Below, in pieces: positions 50,905-64,000 of a stretch of DNA of 64,000 bases (position 1 is its first letter; every line of letters begins with the position of its first letter). The notes beneath the pieces are model-generated. The model did not search any database, was not told the DNA's origin, and was given only the letters and a program-made list of their open reading frames with translations. The stretch comes from Botryllus schlosseri (lineage: Eukaryota). The stretch lies in the NCBI GenBank assembly GCA_051294905.1, contig CM119371.1:28212001-28276000 (forward strand), given 5' to 3'. The translations under genes and the position numbers were made by a program.

Positions 50905-53319
50905 TACTAAATCATCATTTGGATCACAACGGCCGAAGTTTCCTGGCAATTTTCCAAATCTGAACAACCCTAATGTACACGTTGTACAACGTTAAAACAG
51001 TGACATCACGTTTTAATACCGGTACTGCGCTCTTATCAAGCCGTACAGTCCAATTAAATCTTGAAATGGTGCGACTTGTTCAACTGTCACTGCAGAAATC
51101 CAGTTTTTACCAAATATTCCCAATAATCACCAGTTCGTCCGTCGTCGATCAAATTTCGTAGAATATTGGTTACCCTTCACACGAATCGAATAAACTCAGA
51201 ATTAGTGCCGTTGAGAATCTGGTGTTGCATCAATATTCGAGAACTTGATGCAACGCCGTACACTGTACAAGTGTACAGCTGTACAAGTCAGAAACCATTT
51301 AAACTGCACGGTTGCAAGTGAGATTACTCAACAATTCCAAAATACGATCCGAAAAGAATGAATACACAACTTCGATGTTTACAAATTGAAAAGCGCGCAT
51401 CCTATCACTAATTGCCCTCTTATATTCAACACGAGGGCAGGGTTCGGACAACACATTGACTAGATATCATCGCGACAATTGTATGCGGACTACAATAACG
51501 ATATAGGCTGCTTCGATGCATATCCTTATTTACATTCGCAAATCGCTTTTGGAGTAAACGATCATGCACTGGAATGAAGTTCAATTCGTAGGCATAAACG
51601 ATACCACACTGTCAAATTTGTCGCTGCGGCTGCGATTAAAAAACTGTCAACCAAGGTCGTGCAATCGCTCATCCAATTCAGAATGGAGAAGATGTTCTTC
51701 AGCGTGCGGCATGCGCGCCTCCAAATCGAAATGTGCAGCAAGGTCACGATTCTATCCTCTAACATCGCTTATATATTCGACTAATTACTAATTAGGTAAA
51801 TTGCTCAGCTCACATAAGCATCAATCCCGCTTTGTGACATTCATTGTTTTTACTATTTTACGAGCCATATAATTGGTCATCGCTGTTATGCTGAAAGCGA
51901 AATTGCGGGTGTATCCATAAATAGTGAGTACGGATAGAGCGCGGCAAATCCAGCCCACCAAGGTTTGGCACCTATGTAGGAACAAAGTTTACCACACTTA
52001 AAATGGTACTCCGATATCCAAAGTGATATTTTCATACTGCGTAATGTGCGTATGTTTCAATTCGATGTCACAGATTCCGACAATAGGTTTTATGCGGGTG
52101 TATCGATTCCTAAACTTTGCTCCCACCAGTTAAAACGAAAATCGAGTGTGCGTGTACTTTTAGGTTGACAATTCTATTGAGTTTAATACGTCTACAATAT
52201 ACTTGAATACATCGATCGTGATAGTGTTCGGTAGATTCACAAATCGAGATGATGATAATGCTGTTCCTAAAATCTTTGCTCCATAACTCTTTCGTAAGTT
52301 CGTTACAACTCAGTCGTAATGAATTTCTGAATACAAATCTTAAAAAAACAAGTTGAAGACGAATGATTTGTTTTTTAATAAACTAGAAAAGTACTTTTGT
52401 TTTGTAATTGGATTTGTGTTCTGATATTGATAGATGTGTTGAGTAATATGCCCAGTTTATAAAAAATTCGGTAATGATTTTGGTACCTTAAGTCGGGCGA
52501 TCAATCATAAAATCGCGGTAATGTTTCTTGCGTGTGCGCGTTATCATCAAATTAATACGACTGCATCTTACTGATGGAATAAAAACACAGGTCTGTGATA
52601 TGTGAAGACAACCGAGATTGATTAATATAGTTTACAGTAGAAATGATTGTGTATATTAGCGAAAACGTGGCTACTTTTCTTCGAGTAATTCAGATAAGTT
52701 GATAAATCAATGTGGTAATAACTACGACCGTGAAGAGTTTCTCACATCTCGATGTCTTACATTAGGCTATAACATGCGGATTCACTTGTTGGAATTGCCA
52801 TCATTGACTAAGTATTCAAATCACGTCGTATGCACCGAGTAGTAATTACTTTGTGTTATAGAATAATAACGACTTTTACAGTCGAATAAAAATTACCGGT
52901 CATATGAATACGACCAGGATGAATTAATTCAGGTTTGCAAGTTGTAGTGACATAATCAAGTAAGTGGAAAGTTGATTTAACACTTGGTAATTTTGTTGTG
53001 AATAATTCTTTTGAGCATGGTAAGATTCAACTAACAATTACATTTCCAGCTACGAAAAAAGTAACTGGATTGCTAATAAATTGTAGGAATTCATGAGTCT
53101 GCGTGTTTCAGATCAATATGTGAATAATCAAACAGACAGGTAACTCTATTTGATGGATCTGAAATAATATTATCTTGATGTCAAGGCGGTAAATTAACAT
53201 ATTCGGATTTCAAGTTTGCGAATTAGCACATTGATCGAGTATTCCCATGATTCTTATCACACAACTAAAGTCAACCTCTATTCCAGAGGTGTTAAAACAC
53301 TGACAAAGCGATCGTCAGA

Positions 53320-54555
53320 AAGTGTCAAATTGTTGGTATTCAAGTCACCGTCTGCGACGGTTCTGTAATTCGTTACTTATTACTTAACATTTTAGCTACC
53401 AAGGCCTATTATTGGAAATTACCAGTAAATGCCAGCAAACAATTAATTTTCGACTAGTTGGATATTTAGCTGGAATCGGGCGTGCTGATAAGTATAAACC
53501 TTGTGCATCTTATGAAAAATATTTTTTTCTTTAATACCAAGGAATTATAATAATATTGCAATTTTTGGCTGCTCATTTTATGAAAAGCCACCTAGTGGTC
53601 AAACCAAAAAAAGATTGGCCAATTGTATACAGATGTGATTTAAAAAAAATACTTCCGTAAACAACAATGGTTGTTTCTCACAACAAGCCTATTGAGTAGC
53701 CTCGAATACACCCGTAATCCGGAGATAGATCCAATTCCGGACTTCACTGTACGCATTTGAAAAATATCTTAAATATAAGATCGCTGGCACTTTATGGATT
53801 TGGGTAAAATCCTAAATTTTGGATTGTTGGCAGTCAAAGTGTTAATAGATATTATACTTATTATATCTCCCTCGCGATATCCGGTTCCGCGCCAAACTAC
53901 CAAAATATTACCTTGTGAGCAATTGGTATGTCTGCAGCAGCAAGTCACGAGAGATGGCTATGTCCGAGGTGTTACATTGTGAGCGTTCGTCGGATTTTAG
54001 AATTAGTCCACATCTTTTTGAATAAGCGTTAACTTCGCAAAGGATTAGGGTAAGAGCAGAAATAAGTGACAATTTGTTGGTATTTAAGTCCCGTCGGAGG
54101 CGGTTCTGTCATTCGTTACTTACTTACTAAATCTTACCAGCGAAATCCAGCTCTGTGACAAACTGTTTACCAAAATTTTACCTTGTGAGCGATCGGTATG
54201 TATGTAACAGAAAGTCACGAGTGATCGCTATGTCTTAGGTGATATCTTGTCAGCGATCACTGGTTTGTAACTTATTTCACACCTATTTGAAGTGTTAGTT
54301 TGCGAGCGCGACTATTGTTGGTTTTCGAATCACCGTCGTCTACGACGACTCTGGCAAACTAATTACCAACATATTACCACGCGAGCGATTCCTAGATTTA
54401 GCAAACTATTTCACACCTTTTTGAAGTGTTAGTTTGCGAGCGCGGTTGTTGTTGGTTTTCGAATCGCCGTCTGCGACTACTCTGTGGCAAACTAATTACC
54501 AAAATATTACCGTGCGAGTGATTCCTAGATTTAACAAACTATTTCACACCTTTTT
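53320..54555. repeat. Complex degenerate tandem array, including two ~133-bp units at about 54274-54550
   Basis: tatttcacacct..ttgaagtgttagtttgcgagcgcg recurs at about 54274 and 54407. caaact..accaaaat.ttacc recurs near 53893, 54160, 54355 and 54488. 53325-53385 resembles 54068-54128. Confidence 0.75.
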
Positions 54556-57500
54556 TCTGAAAGCGCGAATTGCCACCGCAGCCTATACCTGAAAGTACGA
54601 CATACCACCGCGCCCATAAGAATATGGATATATTGGTGTTGCACTCACTGTAAACGTTCGGATTACCTCGAACTGGTCGTATATAATAATTTGGAATATA
54701 CATATTAGGTAGCGATCAATCACCTGATCAATAAACTTTAGCCTATACACATTCAACACCATGTCGACGATGACTATACCTGAAACAACCCCTCAGCAAC
54801 ACGCCCAATACCTCAAAGAGACACCATGCGAGAGATGCCTATACTACCCCACGCACCGGTTCAGCGATAGGGGGTCAAAAAGGTGCCATCAACAACACGA
54901 GTTTTCAACCATCCGCGTCACCGCAAGAGGTCACCTCATCCGAGATCCCTATACTTTCAACGCACATGTTCAGCGATAGGGGGTCCAAAAGGGCCACCAG
55001 TCCAACACGTGTTTCGAGTCACCGGTCGAGTGGGCCCATAAGAACCCCTGCCGCGCCCAGAGATATCATATATACGACTTACGTGGGCTGAGATAGGACA
55101 ATAAAATGAATAGTAGTTTATTAAATTACTAATGTCAATGACGGAATTCAGGTATGAATCGGAAGTTTGAATGATCACCCTAGAGGGGCCAAGAACCACA
55201 TTTAAGAGAAGGGCCGGCGAAGTGCTGTTTCGGTCGTGATTCTGGCTGCAACACACGCTATCATGTTGTAGGTAGAAGGTTCTGGAGGCAGATCTAAATG
55301 TTAAGTAAAGAATTGTGAAGTAACGATTGGGGCTCACGGTCATATGCGGATAATGTTTTTCGCTGTTGAACAACGAACATACACAAGCCTATTGCCTCTT
55401 ATCAGAATTACTCGGTTATAATTTATATCCGCACCGTTGATTTTAAATGCTTCAATGTTTAAATGGTAATTTTTCCTTTGATGAGCACAGAATTTCAAAG
55501 CATTGTCCGGCGTACGTAGGCTTGCATTTGAAACGAACGGTGTTTTAAAAAAATTGTTTAAAACATGTTTTAAACACTGTTTTGAGCAGAGGCCTGTTAA
55601 AAATGTGTTTTTTCAAGTTGTAAAATTATACCATAATTGTGAATATACTTTAGAAAAAACATGTTGTATGAGCCTACGGACAATTACCACACGATATAGC
55701 CGACGAATATCGATATGGGATGGTTGGAACCCCCAAAATATTCGGTTCAACAGCAATTGTACTGATATTTCGTCAAGGGAGCTAGATTTACCCTACATTT
55801 TCAACGGTCAATGCCAATCCACTATGACGTCACTATTGAATATTGGTGACGTCATTGGTTAAAATATGTTTTAAACAAGGGCCTTGTTATAAACATGTTT
55901 GTTTTAAATTGATTTTTGTTTTAAATGCAACAATGGGTGTACGTAGAGTACATAGACCTGCTCCTCGCCAAGTAGCGACGTTCAAACCGCGTTTAACTAA
56001 GCATAACCAAACATCAATACATAAGTTATTATATGAAACAAGGCGGAGTGGTGATTATTATCCTGTTGTGAGGTAGTGGCGTATGGAGTATATTGATAAA
56101 CAGATATACGGCACTCCAGTGGTTCATACAATTATGTAAATCGAACATCCATTAACTACATGTGGATAATTCTTCACGCAATGACTAGCAATGCTGATGA
56201 AATCCTACGATTCTGATATCAATAAATCAGATATAATGACGCCGTGCAAGTACCTTGTACGAACAATAACTAATTGCTCTTTCACAAAGAACTCGAACAG
56301 ATATATGAAATAATAGACTACGATTACGATTATTTCTTTTTTTTTCGAATGTAATCGATTGCGATTACGATTGCATTAAAGTGATGTAATCGTCGTAATC
56401 GTTTTCGATTACTAATCCCGATTACCCCGTATCTGGCTTGCATCATACTTAATCAAGTGATTATCTATTTGGACTGCATCTACTTCTACTTCAGTGTTAA
56501 AAAGTTTTTAGGTAAATCAAGCACTTTAATACCTACTTTTTACTCGGTCCGGAAATCACCACTTCTTGTACTTAGTAGAAATTTAATGGTAATACAATGT
56601 TGAAATGTACTTTTTCAACGGCCTTGATGAACGTTACCAGTTTCATCTATATCGTACAATGCATTTCCTCGGTCCAGAATGACTTATCGCAATGAGAAAT
56701 AGCAAATAAATCGAGAATTTGCAAAGTCCCACTTTGAGATATTTGAGTTTCCGAAATTATCCTTCGAAATGAACCCATGTGTTTGGTATTATCGAAAGCC
56801 TCGTGAAATCCCAGGGTCAAACGAGATCCCAAGAAAGATGGCTTCGATTGGAATATTACAGGAACTTTGATATTCTATGATTGCGATATTACTCGTCTTG
56901 GAAACTAAAGGTTGCGTTTACGATCTCAAACACAGACACAGTATAGGATAAATTTACACAATGTGTCCTCTTGCCACGGTATTACTATAGTGCAATAGCT
57001 TTCAACCTATTTGATGGTACGCATTTTCTTGCGAATGAAAACAATCTGAACTAACGTGGTGCGCATGGTGAATGAAATCCGGACGAATATGGATGAAAAT
57101 TGTAGATAAGAGTTACTTTCTCTGACGTTGAAAATATCAAATAAAGCTAATAGAAAATTCCAGTGCCGTGGCTCCCTAACAATCTGCAATTGCGACTCAA
57201 TTGTAAAAACTTGTTTGACTTATGACGCACCACTAATCGTAGCTTTTACAATAACACTGTCTCTAACCAGCCGTATAGTGAAATATTATTAGCGCACTGT
57301 AATTATTACTTAATCAAAAGCTTGGTTCAAAAGCGGGTGACGTGGCAGGCATACAAATGGGCTTTCTGCTTTCTTTGGCTGAGCAATCGTCAGATTTTTG
57401 TAATACCAGTTCGATTATCGCGAGGCTCGAGGATAGTCGTAAATACCATCATTTCTGACTCACATATGCAAGCCAATGTAACGCAAATAATTACCTCTTT

Positions 57501-59979
57501 TTGGGTTGTTAAAGTATGGGTCGCAGAGAATAAATTTTTTGGTTGGCACGGCACCCGAGCGCTCTGTTAATGTCTATGTAATATTTGTTGAATTTATTGC
57601 AAAAAATCCAACGGATAGTTTTTACAAATCCAATGGCGCTGTGTTAGATATAGCCTATAAGCGAGACACGCAGAAACTATTGCTTGATCGTGAGAATGTG
57701 CCGACCTTCGTACTATACAAATTGATTTGAATTTATGGGATTTCTCTGATTGGTGTCTCTAGAAAACATCGTCGTAGACCGTTGGTATATACTAGTGTAG
57801 GGGTGTCCAACGAGTGAGTTTGGGCCTATGATACACATTCATTATAAGGCCAACCACTTGTGCGGCGTGGCGCACGAAGATGTAAAGTTTAGTTCGGTAT
57901 TCGGTTCGGTTAGTTTGCAAATTTTATCAGTTTAATAAACTACACTATTGCGATATATTGAAAAGATAGGAATGTGTCGAAACGACTTGGTGTAGTCTCT
58001 GGAATCAGATACTCACCTTGGCCTATCCACCGCTGGTAATATCCGGTTCCAAAAAGATCAGCGCGACAAAACGTTGGCCAAAAAAGACAGTCGCTGGTTG
58101 GCCAAAACTTCCGATATGGATATGCTCAGTTGTCGAAATGATCGTCAGTTGGCACCGAATAGTCTCGTTCTTTCAATCTGAGTAGACAGTCGTACAAATG
58201 CGACGAGCAAACGAATTTCAATCACCCCACCCAGTCAACAAAATGGGATGCGATCACACGACGCTTCATGCGCATTCGATGTCAAAATGATGCTTCAAAA
58301 GAAAGAATTTTCGCACTTCTGCCGCAGACTCATTAACCTGCTGTTGCTGTCCATTAACCCTCTCGCTACTGCAGCTTACAACCGCTATTCGCCCTATCGC
58401 TACCTGAATCATTGTGTCATTCTGGCATACATACTCAGCCTTATGTTGTAAGACATCACAATTTGACTATATATTTCATTATAGTTTCAGTTATACTAAT
58501 ATTCACCACGAGCATACATACAAGATACCGGCAAATACAGACAGGCATCCATATAAAATGCATAAAACGACATATTCATTTCAGTCGAGATACAGAGAGC
58601 TTTTCAGGACAAGTTTGATGCAACTATTACTGCTCTTGAATTGAAATTTAGACAAAATCTGATTTATCAAACAAGTCTGTGCCTGGGCGGGAAGAATAGG
58701 ACTAAGCAACGCGGAGCTGCAATCAGCAGTCTACTCACTGTGTGGCACGCAACTTCATTCAGAGGCCAATTGTAAATGATTTTCCCCACGTTTAGGCTTG
58801 GCGTGGTCTCTGATATCTGGGTAGTTCCCCTGGCCTCATATTCGATTGATGTACTGTCAGCCAGATATCTTTAGCAGTGATAATCGGCTGATCATGGCCA
58901 TTGTCGCTGCAGGATGAAACAATGCTTGGAGGACGATATTTTATATACTGTTGCCAGCTCCGCCAACGATGCATCCTTTTCAATTCACCCTCAGACTTAT
59001 ACTTATATTCGGGCATATCCCAATCACTTCATGGCTTCAGTCCAATCGTAAAATAAAGGCGAAATATAGCAAGAAAAAAAGTCGTAGATTAACTGAAATG
59101 AGTATCACAAATTTTAATCAGAAATTATTACAAGATATAGTATTTGGCTGACCTGTCGAAATGCCAACCGTTGTAACGTACATTTTATGATGGTAGATGC
59201 AGTCACAGACATTGCAGACAGAGAAAATAGATGGGTTGATCATATGCCATGATTCGGTATGTACATTAGGGCTCTTCAAAAATGACTTTTTTTCACAAAT
59301 TGTACTGGCTACTTGATAAAATTGTTAGGTTACCTAATTTAAACCTACACACAAAATTTTGGTTCAATTCCAGCCAGTAACCGCTTTGCTACGGGAGAAG
59401 AAAGTTTATATTTATTGTATAAAAATAAATGATAAAAAATTTGAAAATATTTTGTTCATCCCATGAAAGTGTTAGGCTGTCTATAGAAACGATGCTGACC
59501 AAATTTGGTTCAATTCCAACCAGTGGAAGTGGGGTTATTGGCCTCGAAAAATTTTGATTTGAATAAAATAGTGTTCATGGTGAGCCCAACTATATTAAAT
59601 AAACAAAGAATTGGTAACCGTAAATACTATTTTATTCAAATCAAAATTTTTCGAGTATTTGACATTTTTTTGGAGGGAGCATTTTTGATGGTTGATAGAG
59701 CGATTTAATGTTGTGGTTAATGAAGACTCGGAGCAAATCGGAAGTGGGGAATGATGGAAAAACGCTGTGAATCAGTGCCTTAAAATTATGAATTCATCGT
59801 TACCGATTACGATCATAAAACACCAATACCACATGTTTAACCTGTAGCAGAGAAATTCCGAAAAAAGGTGATGTGCACATAGTGCACAACTACTACTACT
59901 AGCGTTTTACTTGCGAAGGTCGATCTTACCTATTTCACATATTCATTATTTTATATGTGTTATAATATTTTTATAACAG

Positions 59980-61386
59980 AAATCAATTACGAAGAACTGT
60001 TAAGCACTGTCAACATCAATACCATGAGCACAACGTCAGATACCATACTTTCTGATTTCCAACATGAGGAACTTCATGAAGCAGGCTGTGTAGTCTACAC
60101 GCAGATGGTAGAAATTGACATAAACAACTACTATAAAGGTCGAAGTGAAGTTCATCGAAATCAGTTAATAAAAGAATTCGGATTTAACCGTCAACAGGAG
60201 AATAGAAGTAAAGCAATCGTAGTGAAAGATTTCATGGAATCAATATGGGAAAGAAATCGGATGGGTCAAGATGGCGTATTGGGATTCACTGCCATTATCG
60301 GTTCAGCGGGATCAGGAAAAACGACTCTTACTCGAAGAATGGCTCGAAAAGCGCTCGGTATTCGGTCGGCAGATCAAGAAGATGAAAAAATGTCTCATGA
60401 CGACAGAAAGCAAAACATGGTTCATTACATTGAATTGAAGGAGATCCAAGAACAAGAATCGATTACTCTACCTGAATTTATTTTTAGAGAGCTTGACAAG
60501 TCTGATCGAGACCAAGCTTTCAAGTGGTTAGTTCAAAACCAATCAAAAGCAATACTAATATTTGACGGCCTTGATCAAACGAGATGGGAGATTAACCGTA
60601 CAAATCCTCGTAAAATAAGACATGATGAAAGTGCAAGCACATCAATCATATTGTACAATATCTTAGCTCGCAATATTCTTTGCCAAGTCAAAATTTTTAT
60701 AGCTTCTCGTAATTTCAAAGTCTCAGAGTTACCATTTGACGCCCGACCGAAGAGAATCATCGCGCTAAACGGCTTCAATCCGAAAGATGCGGAAACGCTC
60801 TTCATTTCTCTACTTGACGGTAAAGGGGCAGAGCTCTGGGAAAAAGTTGAAGTTATGTCACCACAATTGCTCCAACTAGTCTGTGTACCGGTTTTCCTGA
60901 TTCTAACGGCAATCGTAATGGGGAGGGACCCAAACAGAGATCCTCCCACTACAGTCACTGAATTGTACAACAGGATTATATTAAATCTTGAAAGTGTTAG
61001 AAATATCCGAAATCCGGAACGAATTATCGCGATAATCCAAAAATTGAAGAAAATGGCATTTCGTGGCATGCAAGAGGGGAAAGTCGAGTTCAAAGAGACC
61101 GAATTGGAAAGCGTAGGAATTTCGGCGCGAGAAGTGGAAGATTTGATGTCGAAAATTCCGGATACAAAAAAGCTTGTACGTTGTCGTTTACTGCCGAAAG
61201 ATTTCGATTTCTTCTTTTGCCATCAAAGTCTGCAAGAATTCCTTGCAGCGAGTTTTGTAGCAGAAATGAACCTTGAAGATTTTTCTCGCTTCGACGAAGA
61301 ATACCTCCATAACGAACGATGGTCTGTAGTTCGAAGATTCGTCGCAGGAATCGTATCTTCAAAATCAGCGAATGAGCTTCACAATG
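59980..61386 (+). CDS. Large internal exon encoding a NACHT NTPase plus helical/winged-helix domains (NLR-like protein)
   Basis: Lies within the 478-aa ORF 59955-61391. Motifs: Walker A GSAGSGKTT (from 60300), Walker B ILIFDGLDQ (60552-60578), sensor-1 IFIASR, LNGF, CVPVFL, TVTELY, LKKMAFRGM, winged-helix FFFCHQSLQEFLAA, RWSVVRRFVAGI. Acceptor ttttataacag ends at 59979; donor G|gttagc starts at 61387. Both junctions are phase 1. Confidence 0.93.
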
Positions 61387-62271
61387 GTTAGCATCATCAT
61401 TCAACCGATCGATGCCATATTGACTATACGCTGACATTGCTAGCCCGAATTAGTATCCCCAGGCCTTGTAAATGTGGTATTAACAAATGATTCCCGAACG
61501 CCTACGGAGAGTCAAATAGAGCGATCGAGGAAATTACCGAGTCAGCTATTGAGTGTTCGGCTTCATTGCCTTGTGGCGTTACCTATCACGTCGAGTCGAG
61601 TCGAGTCAAGTCCTCAAAGTAGGAGTTAGTAGGATAACTAATCAATGACGGAGAATTTCTGTGTATCTATTCCATAAGTTTTGGTCATTCGCAAACAATT
61701 ATGAGTACAATGTTTTCAATGTGATGCAATTTCGAAAATTTTCGAAAGACGTCTCCGTCATTAAGCTTGCGATTCGTTGGTTTCTACATAGGTATTTTTG
61801 GCCCTTTGACCCAACAGACGATCTTAAACTATATTACAATCACATTACTAGAGATAGTGAGCATCACCGGAAGGTTCTAATTTGTGTGACCACGGAATTC
61901 TATAATAGACTTGCTCTGAAGATGAACCTGCGGCGTCAAGAGAAATCACTTATCTAATTATAATTTTTACATTCTCACAATGTATGAATGTATATAATAC
62001 TTAAAAGGCGAAGCGATTTTCAAACAAGCATAGTGTAATTTTGACGTTCATAACATGGTACTTTCACAACAACATAATCCAAAATCATTAAGGAGGCGCA
62101 TGTTTTGCCCCTCCCCCTATCCATGCATGTAGATTGCAGAATTAACTCATTCCTATATGTACGTTATGTTGGTTTATTATGCAGTGACTTGTCCATGTCT
62201 TTGACCGTCTGGATAAACATGAATACGTATTGAAATTTGCGGATAATTGCAACTACTTAGATGTCTTAGAC

Positions 62272-63236
62272 CAAGGGGCTAGCCAGTAACCCGCGGGCCA
62301 ATGTGGCCCGGGTAAAGGTTTTGAGTGGCCCGCGATTTTTTCTCAGATCGTACTGGCTACTTGATAAAATGACTTCCTTTAACCCTACACACTAAATTGG
62401 GCTCAATTCCAACCAGTAGCAGCATTGCTACAGGAGAAGAAAGTTTCAAAGGTTTAGAAATTACTTTTATTAATGAAAAAATAAATCACCCATGTAATTT
62501 ATTGCGAACTTGCAAGGACGAAGAAAGTTTGATTAGCCTGACTGCGAAATTCGTGAACTTGATGACTAAAATCTCAGCCCCGACGAATTTGCATGGCAAA
62601 GAACCAGCCACATTTTTAGTATATCTTTGTATATGACCATAGAATAGAATATCTCGTGATAGATTTATTTGACTTGATATTTTTCTTAGCACTTCGCGCG
62701 ATTTATTGTCACTAGAATTATTGCTTTTAGTATTGGTGCCTCCTCCAGAAAATTAGGAATTGAAAATTGAGTCGAATTATATTCGTAGTTCTAAGAGAAC
62801 GTGTCGTCCAGCATGTGAATTCACGTCTGCACTCAAAGAAACATAGTAGGCGATGAAACCTCTGCACAAAATGATGGACGCATGTTCACCGAAATCTTCG
62901 ATACTGATATGTCCAAGCGCCGAATAATCCTGTCGTTGCGAAATGAGCCCAGCGGTATATAGAGGCGAGCATCAATATATGCAAATAACATTGTTATTGA
63001 CAGAATTCATTCATTACCCATGAGAAGATTTCGCGCTTTGCGTGGCTAAGACTTTAATGCACACTGAGTTTCCAAGACATAATTGTTATCGATTTTGATG
63101 CCTAGTAATGTAAGTCGCATTGTTACCGTTACTTAATCCCATCGGACGACTAAAAAGGTTATCAACATTTAAGAGGTTCTGGCAATGACTCGTAAATCTC
63201 ATGTGGCCCATGGGCCGAAAAGGTTGGCCACGCCTC
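62272..63236. mobile_element. hAT/Charlie-type MITE in the intron after the NACHT exon
   Basis: GTGGCCC subterminal repeats. Perfect TSD TCTTAGAC at 62264-71 and 63237-44. Contains a fragment similar to 59300-59440. Confidence 0.75.
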
Positions 63237-63460
63237 TCTTAGACCGTCATGTTCGATAGATCGGAAATAGTGCTTCGACGCCCTGTCTGCCAAGTCTGTG
63301 TGTGATATCTTCGAAGTATCGTCATTAATCAATGCAAGTTCGGGGCCTTTGTTGCATGTTAGTCAAGATGACGAGACATAGACGAATGTATCTTATTATC
63401 ATGTAAATTCTTATAGAGCTTGAGTCGACAAGTAACCGTCATTAACCAATATTATTTCAG

Positions 63461-63483
63461 CTCATCCTTTTGAGTGCCCATGA
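63461..63483 (+). CDS. Possible short terminal coding exon (AHPFECP*) of the NACHT gene
   Basis: Acceptor attatttcag ends at 63460. Phase-1 reading is (G)CT CAT CCT TTT GAG TGC CCA TGA. No canonical AATAAA seen nearby. Confidence 0.3.
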
Positions 63484-64000
63484 ACTATTTGAGATCGTAT
63501 GATCAATATTTTAGTATTTTGTTGACTGTGAATAGCTAATCCTGCCACAATGCGTTTCCACAACAATCGCGAAGTGATGTAGGAAATGAATCATTTTAGA
63601 ATTCAAAGCTGGCGTGGTGTTATATTTCTAGAAGAAAATCGCGAGTAATGAAATTTTGTGTTGAACCTATCTTTTCAACGCGGCCACTATGTTGCGCAGA
63701 GTTAGGCCTATATGAAGTATCAATGCAATGAGGTTTGGACAAATATGTCAGTATTATCTTGCAATCCTGTTATTGCTCGAACACATTGACCGTGTAAAAC
63801 CTTCATCCAAAGTCCCTAGTCGTTATTCCAGCCGTCCCCATTAATTTTCACTGGACTCATTCATATAAATAACCTAATTCCTAATATAATGATTACCCAA
63901 TGAACTCGAACTATTATTGAATATATAATGGAGTAATATTAGGAGCATTGATTGTACATTACTGTTGGAAATTCACCTATTGAGTATTTTCCTATGTAAA

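Larger units (their letters stand above)
21900..63483 (+). other. Predicted multi-exon NLR-like gene: 21900-22125, 47316-47504, 59980-61386, (63461-63483); 1845 nt, 614 aa
   Basis: All junctions are GT-AG and phase 1, and the joined frame is open. The introns (about 25.2 kb, 12.5 kb and 2.1 kb) are largely transposon relics. Joining is inferred, not observed. Confidence 0.5.

Noticed and set aside
52882..53139. Possible micro-exons (52882-52932 or 52959, and 53112-53139 reading DQYVNNQTD)
   Set aside because: The splice sites are plausible, but the phases (0-0 and 1-2) do not fit the 1-1 chain without further exons that I could not find.
58700..59710. Possible second hATm-like relic just upstream of the NACHT exon
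   Set aside because: Only weak motif traces (CHT, PP) and one possible terminus near 59267 are visible, too degraded to support boundaries.
59955..59979. ATG start of the 478-aa ORF (MCYNIFIT)
   Set aside because: It lies in an AT-rich polypyrimidine tract ending in an acceptor AG, so it is most likely intron.
60575..61437. Antisense ORFs of 172 aa and 115 aa
   Set aside because: These are shadow ORFs of the NACHT exon with no recognisable motifs.

Overview
This is AT-rich, intron-containing eukaryotic genomic DNA. It looks like an invertebrate, possibly an ascidian, but the taxon cannot be confirmed from sequence alone. Most of the window is transposon debris: many hAT-type MITEs with 8-bp TSDs (one nest four levels deep), plus Chapaev3-, hATm-, Tip100-, Charlie- and Penelope-like relics. 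There is also a 6.07-kb non-coding foldback element with Polinton/Maverick-type ends (AGTAGTAG...CTACTACT, 6-bp TSD CTTTTT). The one clear protein-coding unit is a large NACHT-NTPase (NLR-type) exon at 59980-61386. Hand-reading of splice sites finds two upstream phase-1-compatible exons: a PB1/ubiquitin-like exon (21900-22125) and a 63-codon N/G/S/T-rich exon with two pseudo-repeats resembling an amyloid-signalling motif (47316-47504). A possible 8-codon terminal exon lies at 63461-63483. Together they predict an unusual ~614-aa PB1-like / amyloid-like / NACHT protein with no LRRs in the window; the exon joining is inference. A small divergent minus-strand gene or pseudogene of unknown family (19729-20168) lies head-to-head with it. 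Almost all other ORFs in the track appear spurious.
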